Shown: positions 45,425-56,067 of the stretch, piece by piece | Layout: the number at the start of each line of letters is the position of its first letter | Position numbering within the stretch: position 1 is the stretch's first letter | Assembly (NCBI GenBank): GCA_002435745.1 | Contig: DIWT01000004.1 | Coordinates: 19,096 to 83,095 of the forward strand | DNA: 64,000 nucleotides | Source: a bacterium UBP15_UBA6099 | Lineage (GTDB): Bacteria; UBP15; UBA6099 | Reading direction: 5' to 3' | Notes under the pieces: generated by a model | What the model was told of the DNA's origin: nothing | Database searches by the model: none | Seen by the model: only the letters and a program-made list of their open reading frames with translations | Program-made: the position numbers and the translations under genes

Positions 45425-46201
45425 TTATTCCGCTTGAATATTCGCGATCGTTTTGAATAGTTCCTGCTCGGCGCGTATATACATAGCCAGAGCTTTCTGT
45501 CGGGCTTGTTCGAAGTCCTTATTCTTTATCGCGTCGAACATTTCGCGATGATAGACTTCCGTATTTCGCGCGTTCTTCTCGACGTCGTAATACAGGTAGG
45601 CGTAATCCCTCAACAGCCCGGTGAACGCGTTGAGCAGGATGACGAAAAAGGCGTTTCCGCCGGCTCTCGCGATGATGTTGTGAAATCGCCAATCCTTTTC
45701 CGCCATAGGCATTTCGCCGCTTTCGAAGACTATTTTTTCGAGGGCTTGCAGGTCTTTCTCCGATCTGTTCCGCGCGGCGAGGCTTGCCATTTCAGGCATA
45801 AGGATTATTCTCAGTTCGGAGAGATTTCTTAATATGCCGACATCCGGAGTTCCGTCCCTGATCAACAACTGTTTTGCCAGTTCCAAGCTTCCGCTTTCGA
45901 GATAATCCCTGACGTAAACGCCGTCTCCATGCCTGATTTCCACAAGTTCCATGCTTTCTAATTTGTTAAGCGCCTCGCGCAATGTGGAACGGTTCACGTT
46001 CATAGCATCAGCAAGCTCGCGCTCGGGAGGAAGCTTGGCTCCGGCGGGAATCTGTCTGGAAATAATCTTGTTCTTGAGTTGTTCGGCGATTCCCTCGTGA
46101 AGTCTGACGCGTTGAGGCGGAACGAAGAGAGAGGAGTTATTATCGCGAGTCATGATGAGACATCCCCGGCGGGCGTTTAATTGGTACGGTGGCCCGACCA
46201 A
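45425..46201 (-). CDS. GntR/FadR-family transcriptional regulator
   Basis: GntR HTH (LPPERELADAMNVNRSTLREALNKLE) plus an FCD-like C-terminal domain. An alternative start is the ATG at 46153. Confidence 0.85.
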   Translation of the reverse strand: MVGPPYQLNARRGCLIMTRDNNSSLFVPPQRVRLHEGIAEQLKNKIISRQIPAGAKLPPERELADAMNVNRSTLREALNKLESMELVEIRHGDGVYVRDYLESGSLELAKQLLIRDGTPDVGILRNLSELRIILMPEMASLAARNRSEKDLQALEKIVFESGEMPMAEKDWRFHNIIARAGGNAFFVILLNAFTGLLRDYAYLYYDVEKNARNTEVYHREMFDAIKNKDFEQARQKALAMYIRAEQELFKTIANIQAE

Positions 46202-46329
46202 TTAATCATGCGCTTTTTCTGCGGCCTTGTCAACTTTTTTAATTTGTATATTCCCGTAGGGGCGCAAAAGCGCAAGAAAGGTATCTAGCAAGACGAGTTC
46301 TTCAAGAGCATCTCGCTCTAGTTTAATCC

Positions 46330-47910
46330 TCATCCGCCTTCTTCGGGGTATCCGGTTATCTGTTGCATTTCTTTGAAAATGGGAAGCAATTGTTTGTAGA
46401 TTTTCGTGTAAACACGGTCGTAGAGGGCGGAGTACAGGGAGACGTTTTCCGGCACAGGCTCGAAGATGTCGCCGGGGCGGGTCATGGCGGCTACGGCGTC
46501 GTCGAAGCCGTTGAAAAAGCCGAGACCGACTGCGGCGTCGATGGCGGCTCCGAGAGCTGAAGTCTCGTGAGTGTGGGGTCTCTGCGCAGGCATCCCGAAC
46601 ACGTCCGCGCATATCTGCATGGCCGAAGAGCTTTGAGAGCCGCCGCCGGACACTCGCAGCCCCGTTATTGGGATTTTGTTTTTTTTCTCCGTGAGTTGAG
46701 CGCCTTCTTTCAGCGCGAACACAAGCCCTTCGAGTATGGCGCGGTAAAGGTGGGCGCGTTTGTGGAAGTCGCAGAACCCGATGACGGAGCCGCGCGCGCT
46801 TCGGTCTTTGTCGGGGGTTGGCGTCCAGTACGGCTGGAGCGTCAGCCCCATCGACCCCGGCGGGATGTCCTTTATCAGAACGTCTAGGAGTTGCTCAGGA
46901 GCGACGCCTTTTTCGCTTGCTTCGAGGCGCTCCTGAAGCCCGAACTCTTCTTTGAACCACGTTATCATCCACGCGCCGCGCTGCACCGCCACTTCGGTGT
47001 AAAAGCGTCCGGGGACTGCGGACGGATACGGAGGCCACAGAGGCTTCAACTCCACATATTTATCGTTCATCGTGTTTATTGTTGATATGGTTCCGAAGCT
47101 GACGCAGGCGTTTTCGGGGGACACGCAACCCGCGCCGAGAATCTCGCAAGCCTTGTCATTAGCCGCCGCGATGACCGGAAGCCCGGCGGGAATGCCTGTT
47201 TCTTCAGCCGCTTTCCTCGTGATATGGCCCAACAGGCCCGTCGGCTTCACGAGGGTCGGGAGTTTTTCTCGCTCGATGGGGAACAGCAGAGATTTCGGGT
47301 CGAACTTTCCGGCCCACTCGCCTTTTTTAGCGCTGAACGGCGTGTAACCGACGATGCTGCCGCTTGAGTCCGAGAACTCGCCTGTCAGCTTGAGATTGAA
47401 CCATCCTGACAGGTAGATGTGTTTGTGGACGCGCGCCCAGATTTCCGGCTGATTCTGTCGGATCCAGTTCGATTCGCAGTCCCGGACGGCTCCGTCTATG
47501 AGAGTGTGGAGGCCGAGCATTTTGAGAGGGAGGCGGAGCGCGGCAGGGAGCGCGCCTCGGGAGTCCGCCTTGCGCTCGTCGAGCCAGACTATTGCCGGGC
47601 GGAGCGGCGCGCCGTTCATGTCCACGTCTATCACTGTGTTGCGTTGCGTCGTCACCGCCACGCCCCGGATGGCGTCCTTGCTCTCTGATGTTTTCGCGAA
47701 CAGCCCGGCGCACGCGGTCCGCAGAATGTCCCAGAAGTATTCCGGGTCCTGCTCGGCCCAACCGGGCTGCGGCGAATGGCACAGGCGCATCGGCGTCTTG
47801 ACGATGTCCCTGATTTCGCCGTCGAGATCGATTAGAGCCGCCCTTATCGACTGTGTCCCGGCGTCTATCGACAGTATGAGATCGGATTTGCTCTTTTCGC
47901 TCTTTCCCAT
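46330..47910 (-). CDS. FGGY-family carbohydrate kinase, copy 2 (paralogue of 40372-41958)
   Basis: Colinear with copy 1. My manual alignment finds about 20 differences in the last ~300 residues. The N-terminal third is much more divergent. Confidence 0.85.
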   Translation of the reverse strand: MGKSEKSKSDLILSIDAGTQSIRAALIDLDGEIRDIVKTPMRLCHSPQPGWAEQDPEYFWDILRTACAGLFAKTSESKDAIRGVAVTTQRNTVIDVDMNGAPLRPAIVWLDERKADSRGALPAALRLPLKMLGLHTLIDGAVRDCESNWIRQNQPEIWARVHKHIYLSGWFNLKLTGEFSDSSGSIVGYTPFSAKKGEWAGKFDPKSLLFPIEREKLPTLVKPTGLLGHITRKAAEETGIPAGLPVIAAANDKACEILGAGCVSPENACVSFGTISTINTMNDKYVELKPLWPPYPSAVPGRFYTEVAVQRGAWMITWFKEEFGLQERLEASEKGVAPEQLLDVLIKDIPPGSMGLTLQPYWTPTPDKDRSARGSVIGFCDFHKRAHLYRAILEGLVFALKEGAQLTEKKNKIPITGLRVSGGGSQSSSAMQICADVFGMPAQRPHTHETSALGAAIDAAVGLGFFNGFDDAVAAMTRPGDIFEPVPENVSLYSALYDRVYTKIYKQLLPIFKEMQQITGYPEEGG

Positions 47911-47943
47911 GATGTGTCCTCGGTTCCCAATGGCGGATTCGGA

Positions 47944-49077
47944 TTATTTTGAGACGGTGTATGACGAGGCGGCGAGCCGCGCGCGGGTCAGCCCTGTTAT
48001 GTCAACGAAACTGTAGTGGTCCAACTGCTTGTTCCTCAACACGCCGGTGTGGGCGAAGACGATAAACTCGGTCAACGGCTGTTTCCCCGGCCACAGTTTT
48101 CTTTTAACTTTAAATAGAGCGTGGGAATCTCTGATTTCGCAGACCACTGAAGAAACGTCCTCCGTCGGAATGCCGTCCCGGTTGATTATGACCGCGCACG
48201 GCTGAGCGATCCCCGAAACCGAATAGCCGAGGGGCAGCAGCCGGACGAGAGCGCCGTCGAGCGGCAGTCCCTGTTCGGGGTCGGGCGCGGAGGACGCTGG
48301 GTTCATCACAGTAACCGCGTACTGGTTGAGCGCGATGGGGGTCAGGCTTCCGGTCGAGATTTCACCTTGCACCGTGATGTCGAAATAAAGCCAGTTGGAG
48401 TCGTATCCCATGCGGAAGTCGAGGATGTCGAAGTCCTCGCCCGCTCTTGAAGGCGGGTCGTCCACCGGCGTCTCTTCTTCGCCAAGAGCGAACATGCAGC
48501 CTCTGGGCCGCCTGTTTTCGAGGCATTCGGCGAAGGGCCGCTTGGCAAACTCGTCGCAGTCCTGTTTGAAGTAGGCGGCGGAGGGCGGCCACGAGGACTG
48601 AGCGCACGCAAGGTCAGCCAGAGTTCCGCTCTTTTCATTCCGCGCCCGGAATGCGGTTAAGACTTTCGCGCCCGCGGACCTGCCGGGAAGGGACGCTAAC
48701 ATCCGCCCGCGTTCTTTCGCCGGGGCCAGTTCCGAAACGTCCCAAGTTTTGCCGCCGTTGGCGCTGTGAAAAACGCTCGCGGAATCCATCTTGAGCGGGA
48801 CGGCGGACACGTGGGCGAATGTCGCGCCGAGGATGGCGGGTTTCTTGGGAGCGGGCGGAGACGGGTCGAACTCAGGCGTCGTGGCGGAGGGCAGGGGGAT
48901 GTCTTTTAAAAACAATATGTGCCTGTGTTTCAACTGGGAGGGGATGAGAACGACCGCGTCTGGGTCAAAGTCGCCGGCAGCCGGGGGCGTCTGCGCGGTC
49001 AGGGGCGCGCATATAATAACGGACAGAATGAAGGAGGCTATCGCCACTGTCGATTTTTGGCGTTTTTTTTCAGGCAT
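47944..49077 (-). CDS. Secreted hypothetical protein (377 aa)
   Basis: N-terminal signal peptide (VAIASFILSVIICAPLTAQ). This is the only long ORF with non-shadow composition here. No motif recognised. Confidence 0.6.
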   Translation of the reverse strand: MPEKKRQKSTVAIASFILSVIICAPLTAQTPPAAGDFDPDAVVLIPSQLKHRHILFLKDIPLPSATTPEFDPSPPAPKKPAILGATFAHVSAVPLKMDSASVFHSANGGKTWDVSELAPAKERGRMLASLPGRSAGAKVLTAFRARNEKSGTLADLACAQSSWPPSAAYFKQDCDEFAKRPFAECLENRRPRGCMFALGEEETPVDDPPSRAGEDFDILDFRMGYDSNWLYFDITVQGEISTGSLTPIALNQYAVTVMNPASSAPDPEQGLPLDGALVRLLPLGYSVSGIAQPCAVIINRDGIPTEDVSSVVCEIRDSHALFKVKRKLWPGKQPLTEFIVFAHTGVLRNKQLDHYSFVDITGLTRARLAASSYTVSK

Positions 49078-49122
49078 GTTTGTTAAAGTCCTTTCTTTGC
49101 CGGCTTCCGCGCTGTCCCGGTC

Positions 49123-50556
49123 TCACAACAAGGATTTTCCATCAACGCCGGGCGTTTCAAACCCCATGATTTTGCCGATTGTCGGAACGATGTCCACGAT
49201 GCTCGCGCCGCGGACGGTGGAGTCCGGAATGCCGGGGCCTGAGACCGCGAACGGGACCGCGGAGTCCAATATATGAAGCCCGCCGTGCTCGCCCGCTTTC
49301 GGTTTGTCCCCGAAGTAATAACCTTTTCGGCAATCGAGAAGAACCATCATGTCGCCGCAACGGGAGCAGTTCACGCCTTTTAGTCGGCGGACTGCGTCGG
49401 GATACTCAGATTCCTTGCCGGAGAAGAAGTTTTCGAGGGAAACGAGGGAGCCGCCGGAGAATACTTCGTAGTCCGCGCCGAAGCCGCGTCTTACGAGAAC
49501 GATGTCGACGAATGGCATCTGACCATTTTTTAATTTCTCGAAAGCGGCGGCGGCGGGGAGCGTGTCGCGCTCGAAGTCCGGCTCGTCCGCCCAGCGCCCT
49601 GTTTGCCTGTTCTTAAGGTGAACCTGAGCCGTGAACGCCTCCGTGCATATCACCGCGGTGTCCGCGTCGCGCACCGTTTTTTTGTCGAACAGATCGAACC
49701 CGCCGCCGGGAACGCCCTTCATAACTTCCGCCAGCATTTCGTTGGTTGCGATGTGGGTCTTCTCTCGCACGGTCTTGGCTTGGCAGTGATCCGCCGCCAG
49801 CAGAAAATGGAATTCTTCGAGCGGCCGGTTTTTTTCAAGCTCGGCGATGAACAGCCCGAAAAGCGGATCCACGATTGAGCGGTAGTAGTCGTTCTGAGTG
49901 TCCGGGCCGTGTTCGTGGCTGCTGTTGTCGTGGCCGGAGATGTAGAACACCGTCAGGTCGGGCAGCGGGTTCTTCCGCATGTCCCGGAAGAGGTGTTTGA
50001 ACGTCGCCTTGTCCCAATGTTTGTTATGGACAAGCTCTTCGTGGCAGAGCGCGAAAAGAATCATCTCCGGCCGGGTCGGCTTAATCCATTTGCCAACGCC
50101 CCGGCTTATCTGATTGAACACCTGCCATGAATCCAGCCCGGCGGCGGCGGCGAACTGGTAAACTGTTTTGATGTCGGCGGCCATGTCGTTGTTCGCGTAT
50201 TGGAGCTGGGGCCGTTGCGGCAGGATTATTGTGGGCCAGCCGACAAGGCCGAACCCGTAGACCCCGGCGGCGGTGGCCGCCGTAGTGTACCTCCGGTACA
50301 TCAGCGGGTCGCTGTGGCGGTCAAACCAACTGTTGCCTATGATGCCGTGCCTGCCGGGGAACACGCCCGTGAACATCGAGGGCTGGCAGGAGAGGGTGAC
50401 GGCGGGGAAGACGGCGGACGCTGTTTCCGCCCTCAGCCCGGTCCCGGCTATCCGGGACGTGTTGGTCGTCTTGTCGTCGAGCGCCGCGTACAGCACATCG
50501 GGATGAATCCCGTCGATGTCTATCATTATTAATTGTTTGCGCGAGTTGTCTGTCAT
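49123..50556 (-). CDS. Alkaline-phosphatase-superfamily protein (nucleotide pyrophosphatase/phosphodiesterase-like)
   Basis: MIDIDGIHPDVL near the N-terminus, then GHDNSSHEHGP and GEHGG, as in type I phosphodiesterase/AlkP-core metal sites. Confidence 0.7.
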   Translation of the reverse strand: MTDNSRKQLIMIDIDGIHPDVLYAALDDKTTNTSRIAGTGLRAETASAVFPAVTLSCQPSMFTGVFPGRHGIIGNSWFDRHSDPLMYRRYTTAATAAGVYGFGLVGWPTIILPQRPQLQYANNDMAADIKTVYQFAAAAGLDSWQVFNQISRGVGKWIKPTRPEMILFALCHEELVHNKHWDKATFKHLFRDMRKNPLPDLTVFYISGHDNSSHEHGPDTQNDYYRSIVDPLFGLFIAELEKNRPLEEFHFLLAADHCQAKTVREKTHIATNEMLAEVMKGVPGGGFDLFDKKTVRDADTAVICTEAFTAQVHLKNRQTGRWADEPDFERDTLPAAAAFEKLKNGQMPFVDIVLVRRGFGADYEVFSGGSLVSLENFFSGKESEYPDAVRRLKGVNCSRCGDMMVLLDCRKGYYFGDKPKAGEHGGLHILDSAVPFAVSGPGIPDSTVRGASIVDIVPTIGKIMGFETPGVDGKSLL

Positions 50557-50596
50557 TGTTCCCCCGTTCGGCGTTGTGCGGCGAGCGCGCCGCCTA

Positions 50597-51166
50597 TTAG
50601 AACCCTCGTTTTATGGATGAATCAGGCATCGAACGCCTGACGGAATCCTCGGCGTTCTCTCCTGCGTTAGCCGGATGCAGGTCCCAGTATGCGACGGCTC
50701 CGCCTTTAAGATTGAATACGTAGTTGAAGCCCGCTTTCCTCATTCTGGCCGCCGGTTCAACGCTCTCGTCTCCCTTTTCAGACACCACGATGTAATCCGC
50801 GTTCGGGTCCATGTCGGAAAGAGCCTCGTCAAGCTCGTCGTCGGGAATGTTTATCGAGTCCGGGATGAGCGGCGCGCCGCTCCAGATATCATCCGGGTCC
50901 CTGATGTCGATGATCACCGCGCCTCTGGAGACCATGCCTTCCACTTCTTCGGCGCGCACTGAATACACCGCGCGACCGACGACCTCTTTAGGCTTCCTGT
51001 CGTCCGCGTCATCTTTGTAATCGCCGGAATCGCGCTCGGACTCCGAATTGGCGGAAGCTGGAGCCTGTGGTTTCGCGCCTCTGCTGCAACCCGGCGCGAA
51101 CGCCCCGGCGGTCAGAAGCAATGCCAACGCCAAAGCCGGCAATGCCATGCGCTTCTTTGTGTTCAT
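50597..51166 (-). CDS. Rhodanese-domain lipoprotein
   Basis: I trimmed the ORF to the ATG at 51166, which follows GGAGGTGGCCG. It has a lipobox (AFAPGC) and a C-terminal rhodanese-like block (AVIIDIRDPDDIW...IPD..L...YIVVSEKGDES...AGF.NVFNLKGG). Confidence 0.7.
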   Translation of the reverse strand: MNTKKRMALPALALALLLTAGAFAPGCSRGAKPQAPASANSESERDSGDYKDDADDRKPKEVVGRAVYSVRAEEVEGMVSRGAVIIDIRDPDDIWSGAPLIPDSINIPDDELDEALSDMDPNADYIVVSEKGDESVEPAARMRKAGFNYVFNLKGGAVAYWDLHPANAGENAEDSVRRSMPDSSIKRGF

Positions 51167-51582
51167 CGGCCACCTCCGGTTATTGACACATTGTAACTGT
51201 GCGGGGCCAAACAAGCAAAGGGGCGGAGACGGGAACCGAGCGAAAAAAGTCGACACTGAAGGCAATCTCGGACCGCACCAGCGCGTCGCGGGCAACCAAG
51301 CAATTATTCGACATAACAAAACAGACATAATCGGCGCGGTCGGCGCGCATGGTTTTTCATGCGGGCGCAACAAATGTTGCAGTCGGAGCGATGGGCGCGC
51401 AAACGCTAAATAACGCAACATAAAATATGTTTCTACAAATATCGGTTAAATCAAGGCGCTTTTTAGGATAGAAACCGCGCCCGGCGGAAGAGCCGATTTG
51501 TGGGCTGAAATCACTTTTGGTAAAAAATGTTGCAAATTGTCGGATGCTATATTAGATTAAAATACTATAGATAGAGAGGCTC

Positions 51583-52500
51583 ATGGATTTAGCGATAGTA
51601 GGAACAATGGCTCTGGACACAGTGGAGACGCCCTTCGGGAATGTGAAGGACGCGTTGGGCGGCTCCGGATCGTACGCGGGATGCGCGGCGAGTTTTTTCG
51701 CCCGTCCGGGGCTTGTGGGCGTGGTGGGGGAGGACTTCCCCGATGAGCATCTGGCGGCTCTGAGGTCTCGCGGAATAGACACATCCGGGGTCGAGCGCGC
51801 TCCCGGCGGCACTTTCAGATGGGGCGGACGCTATGAGACCGACGTCAACGTGAGAGCCACTCTCTTCACCGAGCTTAACGCTCTGGAGAAATTCGACCCC
51901 AAGTTGCCGGATGATTATAAAAAAACAAAATATCTTTTTCTGGCGAATATCGAGCCGGGACTTCAGAACAAAGTTCTGGACCAGTGCGGTTCGCTGGAAT
52001 TCACGATACTGGACACGATGAATTTCTGGATAGAAGGATACAGGGCGGAACTGGACAGGGCGCTGAAGAGGGTGGACGCGGTGATGCTCAACGACGAAGA
52101 GGCGAGGATGCTCACCGGGCGCGGAAACCTGAGGGCGGCGGCTGCCGCCGCTCTGGAGATGGGCCCCCGGATTGTGGTGGTGAAAAAAGGCGAGCACGGC
52201 GCGATGATGTTCACAAAAAGCAGCCACTTCGCGCTTCCGGGATACCCGCTGGAGACATTGAAGGACCCGACGGGAGCCGGGGACTCGTTCGCGGGCGGCT
52301 TCATAGGCTACGTGGCCTCGCGCGGCTCGGCGGACGAAGAGACGCTCCGGCAGGCGATGGTCGCCGGAACAGCAACTGCTTCCTACTGTTGCGAGGACTT
52401 CAGCATAGACAGATTCAGGACGTTGAACATATCGGATGTAGCCGCGAGAGCGGCGTCGGTGGGCGAAGCCGTGAGGTTTTCCCCGCTCGAATGGAAATGA
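51583..52500 (+). CDS. PfkB-family sugar/nucleoside kinase (possibly adenosine kinase, given the ahcY neighbour)
   Basis: PfkB signature DPTGAGDSFAGGF and N-terminal GGSGSYA. Length is 305 aa. Confidence 0.8.
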   Translation: MDLAIVGTMALDTVETPFGNVKDALGGSGSYAGCAASFFARPGLVGVVGEDFPDEHLAALRSRGIDTSGVERAPGGTFRWGGRYETDVNVRATLFTELNALEKFDPKLPDDYKKTKYLFLANIEPGLQNKVLDQCGSLEFTILDTMNFWIEGYRAELDRALKRVDAVMLNDEEARMLTGRGNLRAAAAAALEMGPRIVVVKKGEHGAMMFTKSSHFALPGYPLETLKDPTGAGDSFAGGFIGYVASRGSADEETLRQAMVAGTATASYCCEDFSIDRFRTLNISDVAARAASVGEAVRFSPLEWK

Positions 52501-52505
52501 AATAA

Positions 52506-53840
<1,335 letters not shown>

Positions 53841-53883
53841 GACATCCGCATAAGACAGCCCGAGAGACGGCGGGAGGAACGCT

Positions 53884-56049
53884 TTGGAGATAAGAGATTA
53901 TTGGGCGATTATATGGAAGCGGAAATTCATCGTCTTCCTGTGCGTCATCGGCGTGGCGTTGATCGGCTTCCTGTACACTTTCATTTACCTGAAACCCGTA
54001 TATAGCGCCACCGCCAGAATACTCGTCGACCAGCCTAGCAGGGTTCTTCTCATAACGTCTCCGACGCCCAACATGCAGTCCCCGATGAGCGTAGAGACGC
54101 AGCGAAAACTGCTCAAGAGCAGGGCGGTGGCCGAGCGCGCCGCCGAGAAGCTCAACTGGCCCCCGGAAAAAGCCATCGAGCTTGTCAACAGGGTGATGGA
54201 CAAGAGCGACGAGGACACCGGAATAATCTATGTGACGATAGAGGGCGGAAATCCCTCCGAATGCTCGAGCGTCGCCAACGCATACGCCCGCGCTTTCGAG
54301 GACTTCAGCAAGGACCTCTCCGAAAAGTCTTACCGCGAGACGCTCGAATTCATCAAACAGCAACTGGATCACGCGCGCGAAGGCTTAGAAGAGAAAGAAA
54401 AGAACATCTTCGATTTCAACCTGCAGAACGGCGTCGTCATGCTCGACGAAACGGCGATTCAGAAAAACAAGAATATAGCCGATTTCGAGACGGAGCGAAT
54501 CATGGCGGACATAGAGGTCAGGCTTCTCGAGACCCAGTCCGCAGGCGTGAGGTCCGCCTTGAGGGACAAGACTCTGCTGGTGGCGCAGAATGTGGAATCG
54601 CTCGCTGAAACGACCCAGTTCACTTCCGGCGACTCGACAAGCGTCACCTCAATGCTGATGAACCTCAAAATGGAGAAGGAATCGAAGCTCAAGAAGTATA
54701 AACCGGAGCATCCCGCCATAAAAGAGATTGACGACAGAATCTCGGTGCTCGAAAAACAACTGGACAAGCACGCGGCCGACCTTATAAACAACAGGGTCAT
54801 ATCGCCCTCGAAATACGTCAAGGAACAGGAAGCCCTAGAGGAGTTGAACTCCCGGATGCAGTTGGCGAGAGTTAGGTCCGCCAACCTCGAATCCAACATA
54901 AACAAGCTGAAAGCCGAGCAGCGTGACTACCCGCAGTTGCAGTATGAGCTGAGCCGGCTCATCAGGGAAAAGCAGATAGCCGAGGAGTTGTTCATGATGC
55001 TGTACGAGCAGCATCAGAGGATAATGATCGAGGAAGTCCGCAAAGACGTAAAAGTGAGAGTGTTCGACGAAGCTGAAACGCCCAACAGGCCGATTAGGCC
55101 GAACAGGGCCAAGAACATGGCGGTGGCTCTCATGTTCGGCCTGCTGTCAGGCATCGGGCTTGCCTTCATCCTCGAAGAGATGGAAGAGACCGTCCGCACC
55201 AGCGACGACGTCAAGACCTATCTGAACCTGCCCGTGCTAGGCTCGATACCTTACAGCGCTGAAACCATAAACAAGCTCATCACCGACGTGCCGTTGAAGT
55301 CGCCCATAGCCGAGGCATACAGGCGGCTTAGCTTCTTCACCCAGTTGTTCTGCTTGGATCCGCCTGTTAAAACCCTGCTGGTGACAAGCTCGAAATCGGA
55401 CGAGGGGAAATCCACGACTATGGCCAACTTGGCCATATCGATGGCGCAGGAAGGCACGAAAGTGCTTATGATCGACACCGACCTGCGCCGCCCCATGCTG
55501 CACAGAATGTTCGGGGTCGACAACTCGCTCGGATTAAGCTCGATACTCACAGGAGAACTGGAAGCCGAGATAGCCGTCAGCGACCTGTCCGTGAGCGGAA
55601 GGCTCCCCAAAGAGTCGTTCATGGACGTCGTGGTCGACCGCCTGATTCAGCCGGTGGGCATCAAAGGCCTGAGCATGATACCTTCCGGCCCGCTGCCCGC
55701 GAACTCGATTGAGCTGCTGCGCTCCGAGCGCATGCTTCAGTTCCTGCGGTGCGTCGAGAGAAAAGCCGACATCGTGCTGTTCGACAGCCCGCCCTCCATC
55801 CACGTCATCGACTCGGTGGTCATGGCGCAGATGCTAGACGGTGTGCTGCTTGTCATTAACTCCGGACGAATCAACCGGGACGAAGCGGTTCAGGTCAAAT
55901 ACATGATAGAGAGCACGAAGACACCCATAATCGGCGTGGCCCTCAACAACATCGAGGCCTCAAGCCCGGATTATTATTACTATTATTATTACGGCGGCTA
56001 CGGCTACGGAAGCCGGCAGAGGCAGAAGAGAGTGAAGCTCAAACGCTAG
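53884..56049 (+). CDS. Polysaccharide co-polymerase / bacterial tyrosine autokinase (Wzc/GumC-like)
   Basis: Wzz-like N-terminus with a TM segment, then a long coiled coil and a second TM. The P-loop kinase domain carries TSSKSDEGKST and DTDLRRP. The C-terminal Tyr cluster is DYYYYYYYGGYGYG. The start is TTG after GGGAGG. Confidence 0.88.
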   Translation: MEIRDYWAIIWKRKFIVFLCVIGVALIGFLYTFIYLKPVYSATARILVDQPSRVLLITSPTPNMQSPMSVETQRKLLKSRAVAERAAEKLNWPPEKAIELVNRVMDKSDEDTGIIYVTIEGGNPSECSSVANAYARAFEDFSKDLSEKSYRETLEFIKQQLDHAREGLEEKEKNIFDFNLQNGVVMLDETAIQKNKNIADFETERIMADIEVRLLETQSAGVRSALRDKTLLVAQNVESLAETTQFTSGDSTSVTSMLMNLKMEKESKLKKYKPEHPAIKEIDDRISVLEKQLDKHAADLINNRVISPSKYVKEQEALEELNSRMQLARVRSANLESNINKLKAEQRDYPQLQYELSRLIREKQIAEELFMMLYEQHQRIMIEEVRKDVKVRVFDEAETPNRPIRPNRAKNMAVALMFGLLSGIGLAFILEEMEETVRTSDDVKTYLNLPVLGSIPYSAETINKLITDVPLKSPIAEAYRRLSFFTQLFCLDPPVKTLLVTSSKSDEGKSTTMANLAISMAQEGTKVLMIDTDLRRPMLHRMFGVDNSLGLSSILTGELEAEIAVSDLSVSGRLPKESFMDVVVDRLIQPVGIKGLSMIPSGPLPANSIELLRSERMLQFLRCVERKADIVLFDSPPSIHVIDSVVMAQMLDGVLLVINSGRINRDEAVQVKYMIESTKTPIIGVALNNIEASSPDYYYYYYYGGYGYGSRQRQKRVKLKR

Positions 56050-56067
56050 AGGGAAAAGGCGGCGCCG

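Noticed and set aside
46202-46612. A 136-aa minus-strand ORF spanning the gap between FGGY kinase copy 2 and the GntR gene.
   Set aside because: Most of it is an out-of-frame overlap with the kinase 3' end, giving an Arg-rich translation. A near-identical Arg-rich artefact (40460-40654) exists over kinase copy 1, which confirms that it is a frame shadow.
51167-51582. A 416-nt divergent intergenic region upstream of the pfkB-ahcY genes. I examined it for an SAH or SAM-type riboswitch.
   Set aside because: I could not find the conserved SAH-riboswitch core or a convincing multi-stem structure by eye. Only weak hairpins and plausible promoters are present (for example TTGCAA...TAGATT near 51531-51559). 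A covariance-model scan (Rfam/Infernal) would be needed to be sure.
55969-56007. A TAT/TAC-rich microsatellite-like tract (gattattattactattattattacggcggctacggctacgga).
   Set aside because: It is in frame and encodes the C-terminal tyrosine cluster (DYYYYYYYGGYGYG) expected of a bacterial tyrosine autokinase. It is not a non-coding simple repeat.
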